A stretch of 64,000 nt of DNA, taken from a bacterium. GTDB taxonomy: Bacteria > Zhuqueibacterota > Zhuqueibacteria > Residuimicrobiales > Krinioviventaceae. Where the stretch lies: the NCBI GenBank assembly GCA_963675755.2, contig CAXXMD010000003.1:2016001-2080000 (forward strand), read 5' to 3'. This document shows, in pieces, positions 10,375 through 20,850 of the stretch. The first letter of the stretch is position 1. The number at the start of each line of letters is the position of its first letter. The notes beneath the pieces are model-generated. The model was not told the origin of the DNA. It did not search any database and worked only from the letters and a program-made list of their open reading frames with translations. Position numbers and translations under genes: made by a program.

Positions 10375-11358
10375 ATGAACAAACGAGTGATAAATATAGG
10401 CGGTGAAAATGTGGTTATTCCGGAATTCAAAAACAGTTTACTGCTCTATATCATTGTTGGATTTATTGTTGTATGGATGGTTTTTTCATCCGCGTACACG
10501 GTTGATGCTGATGAAGTTGGTGTGATTCAGCGCTTTGGCAAGTACGCTACTACAACCACTCCCGGCCTCCATTTCAAGATCCCTCTGGGGGTAGAAACCG
10601 TAACTAAAGTTAGAGTACAGCGTGTATTTAAACAAGAGTTTGGCTTTAGAACCATCAAGGCCGGAATCAAGACCCAGTATTCGGACCGTGATTTTTCGTC
10701 TGAATCGCTAATGCTAACCGGCGATTTGAATGCCGCTCTGGTAGAATGGATTGTGCAATATCGCATCAAAGATCCCGTCAAGTATCTGTTCAAGGTTCGG
10801 GATGTTGAAGCCACAATTCGATATGTTTCAGAATCCATAATGCGCCAGGTTGTTGGTGACAATAGTGTTGATGAAGTTATCATTCTCAGCAGAAAAAGCA
10901 TTGCTTTGCAAGCGCAGGAACTGATGCAGTCACTGTTGAATGATTATGAAACGGGTGTTGATATTGTGACTGTGAATTTGCAGGATGTAAACCCACCCGT
11001 ACCTGTTCAACCTGCGTTTAATGAAGTAAACGAGGCACGACAGGAAAAAGAACGTATCATCAATGAAGCAAGAGAAACATACAATACAATCATACCTAAA
11101 GCAAAAGGTCAGGCAGAACAGGCTATCCTTGAGGCTGAAGGGTATGCTACCAATAGAATTAACCGCGCAAAAGGTGATGCTGATCGTTTTACACAGATTT
11201 GGCGTGAATATTCCAAGGCCAAAGATGTAACTAAACGAAGAATGTACATCGAAATGATGCGAGAAGTATTGCCCAAGATTGATAAAAAATATATTGTGGA
11301 CGATGAATTAAAGTCCTTTTTACCCATGCTGCAGTTAGGAAAGGAGGCGGGTAAATGA
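10375..11358 (+). CDS. hflK: FtsH protease modulator HflK
   Basis: TM segment plus SPFH domain (PGLHFKIP, MLTGDLN, VQPAFNEV, A.GDA.RF); paired with hflC. Confidence 0.95.
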   Translation: MNKRVINIGGENVVIPEFKNSLLLYIIVGFIVVWMVFSSAYTVDADEVGVIQRFGKYATTTTPGLHFKIPLGVETVTKVRVQRVFKQEFGFRTIKAGIKTQYSDRDFSSESLMLTGDLNAALVEWIVQYRIKDPVKYLFKVRDVEATIRYVSESIMRQVVGDNSVDEVIILSRKSIALQAQELMQSLLNDYETGVDIVTVNLQDVNPPVPVQPAFNEVNEARQEKERIINEARETYNTIIPKAKGQAEQAILEAEGYATNRINRAKGDADRFTQIWREYSKAKDVTKRRMYIEMMREVLPKIDKKYIVDDELKSFLPMLQLGKEAGK

Positions 11359-12299
11359 ACAAGAATCCTAAACTCGTTGTATATGGTATCATTGCCCTTG
11401 TGCTGATTATCATTCTTGCCAACACATTATATACGATTGATGAAACCAAGCAGGTCATTATTACTCAGTTTGGTGAGCCTGTGGGTGACCCTGTATCGGA
11501 CGCGGGATTGCATGTTAAAGTGCCTTTTTTTCAAAAAGCGACCTATTTTGAAAAACGAATTCTGGAATGGGATGGAGATCCTAATCAAATTCCGACCAAA
11601 GATAAAAAATATCTTTTGGTTGATACGTTTGCCAGATGGAGAATTGTTGATCCTTTAAAGTTCTTTCAATCTGTAAACAATGAAAGAAATGCTTTGGGAC
11701 GTCTTGATGATATTATTGACGGTATAACCCGGGATTATATCAGCGAGAATTTACTGATAGAAGTGGTCCGTAATTCAAACCGTGCCATGGCTTTTTCTAC
11801 AGAAGAGCAAAGTGAATTGATTATGGAAGTGGATTCCTTGAAAATTGAAAAAGGACGTATGGCCATTACCAATGTGATTTTGGAAAAAGTCCAGGAAGTT
11901 GTACCGCAATATGGCATTCAGGTTGAAGATATTCGTATTAAACAGGTGAACTATATTGAAGAAGTACGAACCAAGGTTTTTGATCGTATGATCTCTGAGC
12001 GTAAACGAATTGCCATGTTGTATCGTTCAGAAGGTCAGGGTAAAAAGGCTGAAATTGAAGGTCAAACAGATCGCGAACTGCAAAAGATAAATTCTGAAGC
12101 TTATCGTATAGCTCAGGAAATTCGGGGTAAGGCCGACGCAACAGCAACCGAGATATATGCCAGTGCGTTTAATCGTGATCCGGAATTTTATACTTTTATG
12201 GAAACCTTGAATACCTACCGCGAAACCATTGACAAGTCCAGTACGGTTATTTTCAGTACGGATAATGATTATTTGAAATATTTGAAAACACAAAAGTAG
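11355..12299 (+). CDS. hflC: FtsH protease modulator HflC
   Basis: TM plus SPFH; VDTFARWRIVDP, RMISER, RSEG, DPEFY. Confidence 0.95.
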   Translation: MNKNPKLVVYGIIALVLIIILANTLYTIDETKQVIITQFGEPVGDPVSDAGLHVKVPFFQKATYFEKRILEWDGDPNQIPTKDKKYLLVDTFARWRIVDPLKFFQSVNNERNALGRLDDIIDGITRDYISENLLIEVVRNSNRAMAFSTEEQSELIMEVDSLKIEKGRMAITNVILEKVQEVVPQYGIQVEDIRIKQVNYIEEVRTKVFDRMISERKRIAMLYRSEGQGKKAEIEGQTDRELQKINSEAYRIAQEIRGKADATATEIYASAFNRDPEFYTFMETLNTYRETIDKSSTVIFSTDNDYLKYLKTQK

Positions 12300-12315
12300 A
12301 ACAAGATTTAAATCC

Positions 12316-12350
12316 AAGCCGTCTTTTAATAAAAAAGGCGGCTTTTTTTT
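12316..12350. terminator. Terminator hairpin between convergent hflC and the hypothetical gene
   Basis: AAGCCGTCTTTT-loop-AAAAGGCGGCTT followed by a T-tract on the + strand. Confidence 0.8.
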
Positions 12351-12353
12351 GCG

Positions 12354-14001
12354 TTAATAAAAAATTGAATCGATTTTCATTGCCTGTTTGTTGACAAACG
12401 ATGGTAAATGCCGCATGTAAAAGTGAATAAACACCCTGAACAGAAACGAAACAGGCGCAGACAGTAATATGGTGTCGATAAATCGGTATTGCTGAGTTTG
12501 ACGGACGCACACCTGGAAAAAGAATTTTAACATGCGGTGGCTGCTTGTAGAAAAGGTGATTGAAAAATCAACCGAATCCGGGTATTTATTTTGGTATTGG
12601 GCTATTTTTGCAAGATACTTGGGTTTTGCTGATTTTTTATATAATGCTCTGCGGCTGTATAGCAATACCCGCAGGGTGTCATATATATAATCAAGGTTTT
12701 CAATTTCCGCCGCTTTGCCCAGTTTCCGAATCTCTTTTAAATCACCCAGCGAAATATCAATGGATTTCATTCCGGTATAATCCAGAAATGCTATGAGGAA
12801 TGGGGATATGGTGACATTGTCCCAGTACAACCATAGCAGGGGAGGTATACGGAACCGACGCAGGTAAAAAGATTTTTCGGCAAAGCCCTCAATATACAAT
12901 ATTTTGTCAAATATGGATTGAAACTCGATGAGGAATTTTATCTGTTCCGGGCTTAACATGGATTTTAAAATTTCGTCGGCGTTTTCTCCGTTTTCAAATA
13001 TACGGATGCATGCTTTGGTGTTTAATTCGTTCCACAGGGAGGATTGTTTTAAAAAAGTGTAATTCCGCCATTTTGACCAGCCCCCGGTTTGACACCATAC
13101 GGATATACCCACAAGCATGGGATTGTTTTTGAGCTGTTGATAATATTTTTCATATTGCCAGCCAACATACCAGGGAAAAACACCAAAGCCTTCACGCTCT
13201 CGCCTTGCCTGTAATTCAATTATTTTTTTATGACGGCTGTTTGTGAGTAACGGATTCAGCTCGAGATGATTAAAAAAGTCAGTATCTCCAAATTTCATGG
13301 ATACAATAAAATACTCACTGTCAATACTGTTAAAGGATTGATGATAAGTTGCGGGATTCCAGATGAGGTCCCCAATGGGATACACGCCAACAGTCCAGGT
13401 TCTAAAGATCAGGTGTTTTTGATGTTTTTCAAAAATGGGCATTAATTCATTAATGCAGTACCGAACATGGGCCGGTTTTTTCAAGACCAACCGGCTTTTA
13501 AAATCTTCACGCACATCAATACCATCAGATTCCCCAATGCGCAGTACAATACCATCGATGGGAAACTGTTCCAGCAGAGTATCGCATGCCTGTACAAGCA
13601 GGGCTATCGCATTTTTGAGTTTGCCTTTGGACTGCTTTTCAATCCATTTGTTAAAAAACATGATATCCGAGTTGATCACAACTTTCAAATCGAGATTTTT
13701 TGCAACTTTGAATAATTGATCAAATTCGTTCTGATATGCATTGATCTTTTGTTTTAATTCTTTCGGATAGAATTCAAACAAAACCAGATGGGCAATATCA
13801 TCAAGCGCGATTGTGTCATAACCCAGGGATTTGGCTTGTACACAAAACTGTTCAAAAGCGGGTCTTATTTTTTCAAATTTTTTGGAATTGACCTGTCCGT
13901 TTTTTTCAAGGTTGCGAAAAAGGGATCTTTGACCAGTTTATGGTTTTCTTTTTGTATCCCTTGAAAAAAGGACCTATTGCGTCAATAATTTTCCAGTCCA
14001 T
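12354..14001 (-). pseudogene. Conserved hypothetical protein (possible glycoside-hydrolase-like TIM barrel) interrupted by a 1-nt insertion, or a sequence error
   Basis: ATG at 14001 reads MDWKIIDAIGPFFKGYKKKTINWSKIPF and stops at 13908-13906. Removing one base of the A5 run at 13917-13921 joins it in frame to the 475-aa ORF, giving 548 aa. Confidence 0.7.
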
Positions 14002-14021
14002 GGTTTGCCCCGCTATATAAT

Positions 14022-14053
14022 AAAAAAGGCCTGTCAGTTAGTCCCAACAGGCC
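14022..14053 (-). terminator. Intrinsic terminator after the FAD oxidoreductase gene
   Basis: Minus strand GGCCTGT-12nt-ACAGGCC-TTTTTT, just after the repaired stop at 14060-14062. Confidence 0.7.
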
Positions 14054-14059
14054 AGCTTT

Positions 14060-16058
14060 TTAATAATCGCCTTCTATAAATATCTCACCGTTCATATACT
14101 TGCCCCATACGTTCTCAAACCAGCTTTCTTCCTTCCGGCAGGGGTCTGCGTTTTTTCCAGGTGGATTTATAGGTACCATCTTTAGTTAATACGGTTTCAA
14201 GCACCCATTCCCGTAAATTTGGGACTTCGGGTTTGTAATTCCATTCACTCCCCAGGCTTTCCAGAACAGGGTCTCCATTGGGGTCCATTACCATATAAGA
14301 TCCCCGGCTGCCACCGCCTTTTTCAAGATAGGCGCGTATAGCTTCCAGATATGCAGCCTGTGCCGTTACCAGGTGCCGGTTTTGCAGAACAAAAGGCAGA
14401 TCGGATAATGATGTAATTTGCTGTTCATCATAACGTTTAATTTGATTATATGCTTCCTCAAGCGCTTTGTTGACCTGGTTGAGATCACGAATGTGCGATC
14501 CATAGTTGGTCATGCGCTGTTGAAATTCATCACGATATGCTTTTGCTGTGTTTTGTTGTGAGAGGGATTTGCTGAATTTTTGGATTACATTTAACAGCTT
14601 TTTACCTTGAATTGACGCAGCATTTTTAAACTGTTCTTCGGAAACGGGCTCTACGGTTTTGCCGGCAGTGATTTTTTGTGCAGCGCGCAGAGATCCTACC
14701 TGCCCAGAGTTCAATGCAGAACCGCCGGGACGGTAAACACCATGACTGCCGTTAACCTCACCGATGGGGTAGAGGTTTCGGATGTTGGATTCCCACCACA
14801 GGTTGCCTGCAAGTCCGCCATTGTTGTGTTGTGCGCAAACCGCAACTTCCAGCGGTTCGGTACGGATGTCAATACCGTTTTTGTCGTACAGCTCAATGGC
14901 AAGGGGATTCATCTTTTCCAGTCGTTCAATGGGTGTACCAAATAACGCATTTGAATTCTCAAGGTATTTATAAGCTTCCTGTTCCATATCCTCAAATCGG
15001 AATGCGCCAATACGTTCATCACCGCGGGGATTTTCTCTAAAATCCATATAGACCTTGCGGCCTTTGACAACAGTCTCTATATATACCAGAACGTCTACCA
15101 GGGATGATCCGTAATTGGGGATTTTACGGGGATCGAACGGCCACTGGTATCCTTTTAAAAAGACATCGGTTGCCAACTTGCCCATTGTGGGGAAATATTC
15201 GTTTAAAAATTCCTGCTCGTCATTTCCATCCGCATCTGTACTGATATAGCGGGGGATAACCTGTTGATACGTTCCGGAAACATTCCAACGGAATTTTGTG
15301 GATGCCAGACCGTATTGGGATTCGGTCAGGTTGCGGGCTACCGCACCCACTTCGAGTGCCAAACCAATAGCGCCAATGTGCACCTCGGGGTAAACAGAGG
15401 TTTTGTACAATCCGCCGGGTCCACCAACACCGAATACCACATTATTGGCCATAAAAAAGACCAATCCAAAATCTTTTTCATTTAATTTATCTTTATTGAT
15501 GGCAATAGCGCCAACACTGCGGCCATTGTCCACAAGCAGGGCAACAATGTCGTGATTGTCAAAGATTTCTATGCCCTTGTTTTTGATCTCTTTTAGCAGG
15601 CATTGTACCATCTGGTGTGAAGTCCAGGGGCCGGCAGATGTAGCACGTTGACGGGGATCGTGATCGGTTTTATAGCCAACAAAGCCGCCATAAGAATTGT
15701 GCGGGAATTGTACACCAATCTGGGCCAGGTGAAAAAATCCCTGTGCGGAGAGCGTGGCTTCAATTAGTGCAAGGTCTCCATGCATGCCACCGCCATCAAA
15801 CAAAGACTTGGCCATTTCAACGGGAGAGTCGGGCTCTTTGCCGCTGACAGAGAGCTTGTAATATGTCTGTTTGTCAGAACCGGTATTGTTTGATGTTCCA
15901 CCGCCTACTTTTTCTGTAACAATGGCAATATCTGTTTTGCCAGATGCGCATAAAGCATCGGCACAGTTTAAGGATGCGGCGCCGGTACCAATGACTAATG
16001 TATCCAGTTGTATAACCGGGAATTCAATATTATTTATGCTAATAGTTGATTTTTTCAT
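14060..16058 (-). CDS. FAD-binding oxidoreductase (SdhA/NadB-like flavoprotein), C-terminal frameshift
   Basis: N-terminal LVIGTGAASL dinucleotide-binding motif, QHNNGG, GEVNGSHG, GGSALNSGQVG. The ORF as given stops at 14115; deleting one base at 14131-14132 restores ...PEEESWFENVWGKYMNGEIFIEGDY* ending at 14060. Confidence 0.8.
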
Positions 16059-16078
16059 GAAAACGATATATTCCTTTC

Positions 16079-16852
16079 TTACAATCTTGGCAGATGAAAA
16101 CCACCGTCAACATTAAACACTTGCCCGGTAGAGTATGCAAAGTATCCTTTAGCGATTCCAATAACTGCATTTGCGATATCTTCCGGGTAACCCCAGCGTT
16201 TGGTTGGCAGTAATCCGCCTTCAATCAGATTGTCGTATTTTTCTTTTACAACGCTGGTCATGTCCGTTGCGATAATGCCGGGACGTATTTCGTAAACGGG
16301 TATATCAAATTCGGCCAGTCTGTCTGCGTAAAGTTTGGTCATCATGCTTACACCGGCTTTGGATACACAATACTCACCACGTGCAGGTGAAGACGCATAT
16401 GACGAGAGTGAACCTGTATTGATGATTTGGCAATTGCGTTTAGGATCTTGTTTCTTTTGTTCAATCATCCAGTTGGCAATTTTTTGAGTTAAAAAGTAGG
16501 GTCCGCGTAAATTGATATTAAGGACCCGGTCAAAGCTTTCTTCTGTAGCTTCCAGTATATCCATACGGACTTTGGGGGCAACGCCCGCGTTGTTGACCAG
16601 CAAGTCTATACGTCCAAAACGCGATTTGATCTCGTTAACGATTCTGTCACGGTCTTCTGCTTTTGAAATGTCGGCTTGTATATAAAGTGCTTCAGCACCT
16701 TTGTCTGTCAATGCCTGGATAGTATCTTTAACATCCTGTTCCGCGTGTACGTCATCAACTACAATATTATAACCTTCTTCTGCAAGTTTTTCAGCAATTC
16801 CCCTGCCTATGCCCCGTCCAGCGCCTGTTACTAATGCAACCGGTTTTTCCAT
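16079..16852 (-). CDS. Short-chain dehydrogenase/reductase (3-ketoacyl-ACP reductase-like)
   Basis: TGAGRGIG, NNAG, YCVSK, PGII.TDMT, VDGG. Confidence 0.93.
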   Translation of the reverse strand: MEKPVALVTGAGRGIGRGIAEKLAEEGYNIVVDDVHAEQDVKDTIQALTDKGAEALYIQADISKAEDRDRIVNEIKSRFGRIDLLVNNAGVAPKVRMDILEATEESFDRVLNINLRGPYFLTQKIANWMIEQKKQDPKRNCQIINTGSLSSYASSPARGEYCVSKAGVSMMTKLYADRLAEFDIPVYEIRPGIIATDMTSVVKEKYDNLIEGGLLPTKRWGYPEDIANAVIGIAKGYFAYSTGQVFNVDGGFHLPRL

Positions 16853-17018
16853 ATTTTGACTTCCTCATTTTTATTTAAATTGTCTTTAAATATAAAATAA
16901 CTGATATGCAAATCAAAGCAAATTATACCTTAAATTTATTATTTTGTTGCGCCTTGGAGCGGGTTTTAATATATTAATTTCTTGTATTAAAATAATAATT
17001 AAAACGATAGGTATAATT

Positions 17019-18962
17019 GTGGCAGGAATTGGTTTTGAAGCTTTGAATGTAGCGCTGGTATTGTCGGCGTATTCAGCAGTTGTATACTTGCTGGCCATCA
17101 AACGAAATTCGGACCGCCTTTTGAAAAGTGCACAACGTGCTGTATATGCATGGTCTGCCTTGATCTCACTGGCGGCAATTTCCCTGTTTTACAGTTTGTT
17201 TACCCGTGATTTTCAGGTTGAATATGTAGCACAGTATTCCAACCGGGCATTGTCCTGGTTTTATACTGCCGCTGCTTTCTGGGGTGGACAAGCGGGATCC
17301 TTATTGTTCTGGGCATGGTTGTTGGCGATTTTTTCCTTTATTGTGCTTGAACAAAACAAAAAAAGAGATCCTGAAAGATTGCCTTATGTAATGATTGTAA
17401 TGAGTGTAGCAACGCTCTTCTTTTTATATTTACTTGTATTTAAATCGAATCCATTTCAAAAGTTACCATTTACCCCCATGGACGGTAAGGGTTTGAATCC
17501 TTTGCTGCAAAACCCGCAGATGGTATTTCACCCTCCAACGTTGTATCTGGGCTTTGTAAGCGCAACGGTTCCGTTTGCTATGGCTTTTGCGGCCTTGTTA
17601 AACCGCAATTTGGATATGATGTGGCTGCGTTCCATCCGTAACTGGTCATTGTTTGCATGGTTGTTTCTAACCATTGGTAATGTGCTGGGTATGCAATGGG
17701 CCTATGTGGAGCTTGGCTGGGGTGGTTATTGGGCCTGGGATCCGGTTGAAAATTCATCGTTGCTGCCCTGGTTGACACTTACAGCATTTGTGCATTCGCT
17801 CATGGTCCAGGAATTCCGCGGTATGTTGAAAACCTGGAATATTGTTTTAATCATGCTTACATTTGCACTTACCATCTTTGGTACCTTTGTAACCCGCAGC
17901 GGACTTATTTCTTCAGTGCATGCTTTTGGAGTGTCTGATCTGGGACCGTTGTTTTTGGGCTACCTGGCTATTATTGTTATCAGTACTGTTGTACTTATAC
18001 TCAACCGGTTACCAATTCTCAAGAGTAAAGATGCCATGGATTCCTGGTCTTCGCGTGAGTCGTCTTTTTTATTGAACAATATGCTGTTCATTGCCTTGAC
18101 TGTTGGTGTGTTTATTGGAACTGTTTTGCCTTCTATCAGCGAGGCCATGAACGGTGAAAAACAAACCGTTAGCGTTGACTTTTTTAACCGTATGGCAACA
18201 CCATTTGGTCTGGTTATCTTTTTTCTTATAGGATTGGGAACACTGCTTTCCTGGAGAAAAACACAGGCTGCTGATTTGAAAAAACGTTTATGGCTGCCAA
18301 TTGCAGCAGCTGTTGCTGCAGCCGTATTCTTTGTTGCTACGGGTATTAGATCGGTAATGCCGCTGATCAGCTTGTGGGTGGCAGTTTTTGCCTTTGTTGC
18401 GATTATTGTATCTTTTGTTGAGCATGTTGTATTGTTTTCTAAACGTGAGGGTGTAAATCCTTTCATGGCGATTGGAAAACTGGTAATGAAAAACAAGAGA
18501 AGATATGGTGCTTATATTGTTCACCTTGGTGTTTTGATGATGTTTCTGGGTTTTATTGGCTCATCTGCATTCAGTGTTGAACAGACAGCAACTCTGGATA
18601 AAGAAGAAACCATCAAGGCCGGTGGCTATGAGATCCGTTATATGGGTATAGAATCCTGGACTGAGGGAGATGTAGATATCTATTCGGGCCGTTTTGATAT
18701 TTATAAAAAAGGACGATTTGTCAGCCAACTGCGGTCTGAAAAACATCAGCATCCCAATTTTCAACCCTCTACCGAAGTAGGTATTCGTACTACCATGAAA
18801 GAGGATATATATGTGATTCTCGCCGGGTTTGAAGTTGTATCTCAGCGGGCAACCGTCACAATATTAGTTAATCCCATGATGTTCTGGATGTGGTTTGGTG
18901 GCATAGTTATGGTTGCCGGAACATTGTTAACGTTTGTTCAATATAAACCAAAGAGCAGGTAA
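17019..18962 (+). CDS. ccmF: Cytochrome c biogenesis heme lyase CcmF
   Basis: GLNPLLQ, HPP.LYLG, WAYVELGWGGYWAWDPVEN, GTFVTRSG..SVHAF, HLG. GTG at 17019 preferred over the TTG at 16944. Confidence 0.95.
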   Translation: MAGIGFEALNVALVLSAYSAVVYLLAIKRNSDRLLKSAQRAVYAWSALISLAAISLFYSLFTRDFQVEYVAQYSNRALSWFYTAAAFWGGQAGSLLFWAWLLAIFSFIVLEQNKKRDPERLPYVMIVMSVATLFFLYLLVFKSNPFQKLPFTPMDGKGLNPLLQNPQMVFHPPTLYLGFVSATVPFAMAFAALLNRNLDMMWLRSIRNWSLFAWLFLTIGNVLGMQWAYVELGWGGYWAWDPVENSSLLPWLTLTAFVHSLMVQEFRGMLKTWNIVLIMLTFALTIFGTFVTRSGLISSVHAFGVSDLGPLFLGYLAIIVISTVVLILNRLPILKSKDAMDSWSSRESSFLLNNMLFIALTVGVFIGTVLPSISEAMNGEKQTVSVDFFNRMATPFGLVIFFLIGLGTLLSWRKTQAADLKKRLWLPIAAAVAAAVFFVATGIRSVMPLISLWVAVFAFVAIIVSFVEHVVLFSKREGVNPFMAIGKLVMKNKRRYGAYIVHLGVLMMFLGFIGSSAFSVEQTATLDKEETIKAGGYEIRYMGIESWTEGDVDIYSGRFDIYKKGRFVSQLRSEKHQHPNFQPSTEVGIRTTMKEDIYVILAGFEVVSQRATVTILVNPMMFWMWFGGIVMVAGTLLTFVQYKPKSR

Positions 18963-18964
18963 AT

Positions 18965-19201
18965 ATGATATCATCCATCGTTTTAAGTATAGCCGCGTCC
19001 CTTTGGGTTGGTTGGCCGTTGTTAACAAAGCAAGAAGCTCCCAAGGCAGCTAAAAAAACAGCCAAGCAGGCAAAACCTGCAAAGCAAAAAGTTGAAAAGC
19101 AAAAACCGGTAGTACATGAAAACTTTTGTACTCAATGCGGTACAAAAATTAAACCTGATGATAAATTTTGTTCACAATGCGGTGCAAAGACTAATCTATA
19201 A
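18965..19201 (+). CDS. Small membrane-anchored zinc-ribbon protein
   Basis: N-terminal TM, Lys/Ala-rich linker, CTQCG...FCSQCG. Confidence 0.8.
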   Translation: MISSIVLSIAASLWVGWPLLTKQEAPKAAKKTAKQAKPAKQKVEKQKPVVHENFCTQCGTKIKPDDKFCSQCGAKTNL

Positions 19202-19210
19202 GGTGTTGGT

Positions 19211-20164
19211 ATGAAAGTATTAAAATATATTGTATTGCTGGCGATTTGTACCGGGTCTGTTTATGGATTTCCCAACAGCCAGCTTAAAGGTACTGTTTTG
19301 AATGCTTCTAAAGACAGTACAGCAGTTGCCAATTTAACTGTTTTTTTACAAAGTATGAAAACCGGCGATTCGGGTCCTGTTGATGTGGGCAAAACATCCA
19401 CAAACGTCAAGGGGCAATTTGTTTTTCCCATTGCTCAGCCGGATACAGCCGCATCTTATTTTGCCGCAGTGGATTTTAATGGTGTACGATTTTACAGCCA
19501 GGGAACGAATCCTGCAGAGCAAAATATAGTGGTTTATGACACGACTCGTTCCACAGAGAGTTTGAGCAGCATGATGCACCACCTGATAGTTGAAGATATG
19601 GGCAATATGATCCAGGTGAGAGAAACACGGGTATATCACAATGCCGGAAACAAGGCAATTACCAATGTTGCACATGACGAAAAGGCAGGAGATTACACGA
19701 TCAAGTATCAATTGCCCAGCAATGCTTTTGATTTTACTCCCATGTCTGCTAATTTCAGCAATCAGCATGTGCAGGAAGGAAGAGATGTTTTTGATAAAAG
19801 CATTCTGCTTCCGGGAACCCGTCAGTTATCTTATGCATATCGTATCCCTTATCGTAATGGTCGGGTTGCAGTGGATTTGAGCTTTGATTCTCACACCCGT
19901 TCTTTTGATGTGTTTTTAAAAAGCCAGAATCTTTCACTTGTATCTGCTGATATGCAGGATTTTGGCCCCTTTAAAATTCGGAATACCGAATATAAACGAT
20001 ATGGCATTGAAGGTGTTCATGCCGGTCAGACTGTAGCTTTTCAGATTGTGCAGCAATCATCGCCCAACAAGTCACCGTTACCTACAGTATTGTTAACAGC
20101 CGCACTGCTCATGGTTGTTTTGGTTGTCGGTCATTACAGGGAGAATGGAACAAAAGCAAAATGA
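19211..20164 (+). CDS. Exported beta-rich protein with C-terminal membrane anchor (ccm-associated hypothetical)
   Basis: Signal peptide, prealbumin/Ig-like start (LKGTVLNAS...TNVKGQFVF), C-terminal TM; lies within the ccm operon. Confidence 0.7.
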   Translation: MKVLKYIVLLAICTGSVYGFPNSQLKGTVLNASKDSTAVANLTVFLQSMKTGDSGPVDVGKTSTNVKGQFVFPIAQPDTAASYFAAVDFNGVRFYSQGTNPAEQNIVVYDTTRSTESLSSMMHHLIVEDMGNMIQVRETRVYHNAGNKAITNVAHDEKAGDYTIKYQLPSNAFDFTPMSANFSNQHVQEGRDVFDKSILLPGTRQLSYAYRIPYRNGRVAVDLSFDSHTRSFDVFLKSQNLSLVSADMQDFGPFKIRNTEYKRYGIEGVHAGQTVAFQIVQQSSPNKSPLPTVLLTAALLMVVLVVGHYRENGTKAK

Positions 20165-20844
20165 TACGCGTGCACAATGTACATAAGTCATTTGCTGCGT
20201 TACAAGTCCTTCGGGGGATAGATTTTGACATCCAAGAGGGAGAGTATACTGCATTGCTGGGACAGAATGGTGCCGGTAAAACCACCTTGTTACGTATTAT
20301 CGCCTCATTGTCCCGACCTACATCCGGTGAGGTCAGCATAAACGAATTCAGCCTGCCCAAGCAGGCGGAACAGGTACGCCGACAAATGGGCGTTGTGAGC
20401 CATGATCCGTTTTTATATGGGGACCTTACTGCTGAAGAAAATTTAAAGTTTTATGGTAAATTAAACAATCTGGAAAACCTGCAGGAAAGAGTGCTTCTTG
20501 TGCTGGAACAGGTAGATCTGTCTGTTCGCAGGTATGATCTTGTACGAACATTTTCCCGTGGAATGCAGCAGCGCCTTGCACTTGCAAGAGCACTTTTGCA
20601 TGAACCGGATCTGCTGCTATTGGATGAACCCTTTAGCGGTTTGGATTTTAAATCTTCGCAAAACCTTACCGATTTGTTGAATGGTTTGCATGCTAAAGGT
20701 ACTACCATTTTAATGACTACACATGATCTGGATTTTGCTATAACCCATTGCAAGCGTTTGCTATTGATTAAACAAGGCAAGCTGGTAAAAGACACTGTAA
20801 CCCAAAATATTTCTCGTGACGAGCTGGTAACAGCATTTGGATGA
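20161..20844 (+). CDS. ccmA: Heme exporter ATP-binding protein CcmA
   Basis: GQNGAGKTT, FSRGMQQR, LLLDEP, TTHD; directly upstream of ccmB and ccmC. Confidence 0.92.
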   Translation: MIRVHNVHKSFAALQVLRGIDFDIQEGEYTALLGQNGAGKTTLLRIIASLSRPTSGEVSINEFSLPKQAEQVRRQMGVVSHDPFLYGDLTAEENLKFYGKLNNLENLQERVLLVLEQVDLSVRRYDLVRTFSRGMQQRLALARALLHEPDLLLLDEPFSGLDFKSSQNLTDLLNGLHAKGTTILMTTHDLDFAITHCKRLLLIKQGKLVKDTVTQNISRDELVTAFG

Positions 20845-20850
20845 TCTGAG

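Noticed and set aside
16944-17018. N-terminal extension of CcmF from TTG 16944
   Set aside because: AT-rich promoter-like DNA; GTG 17019 with an upstream AGGT fits better.
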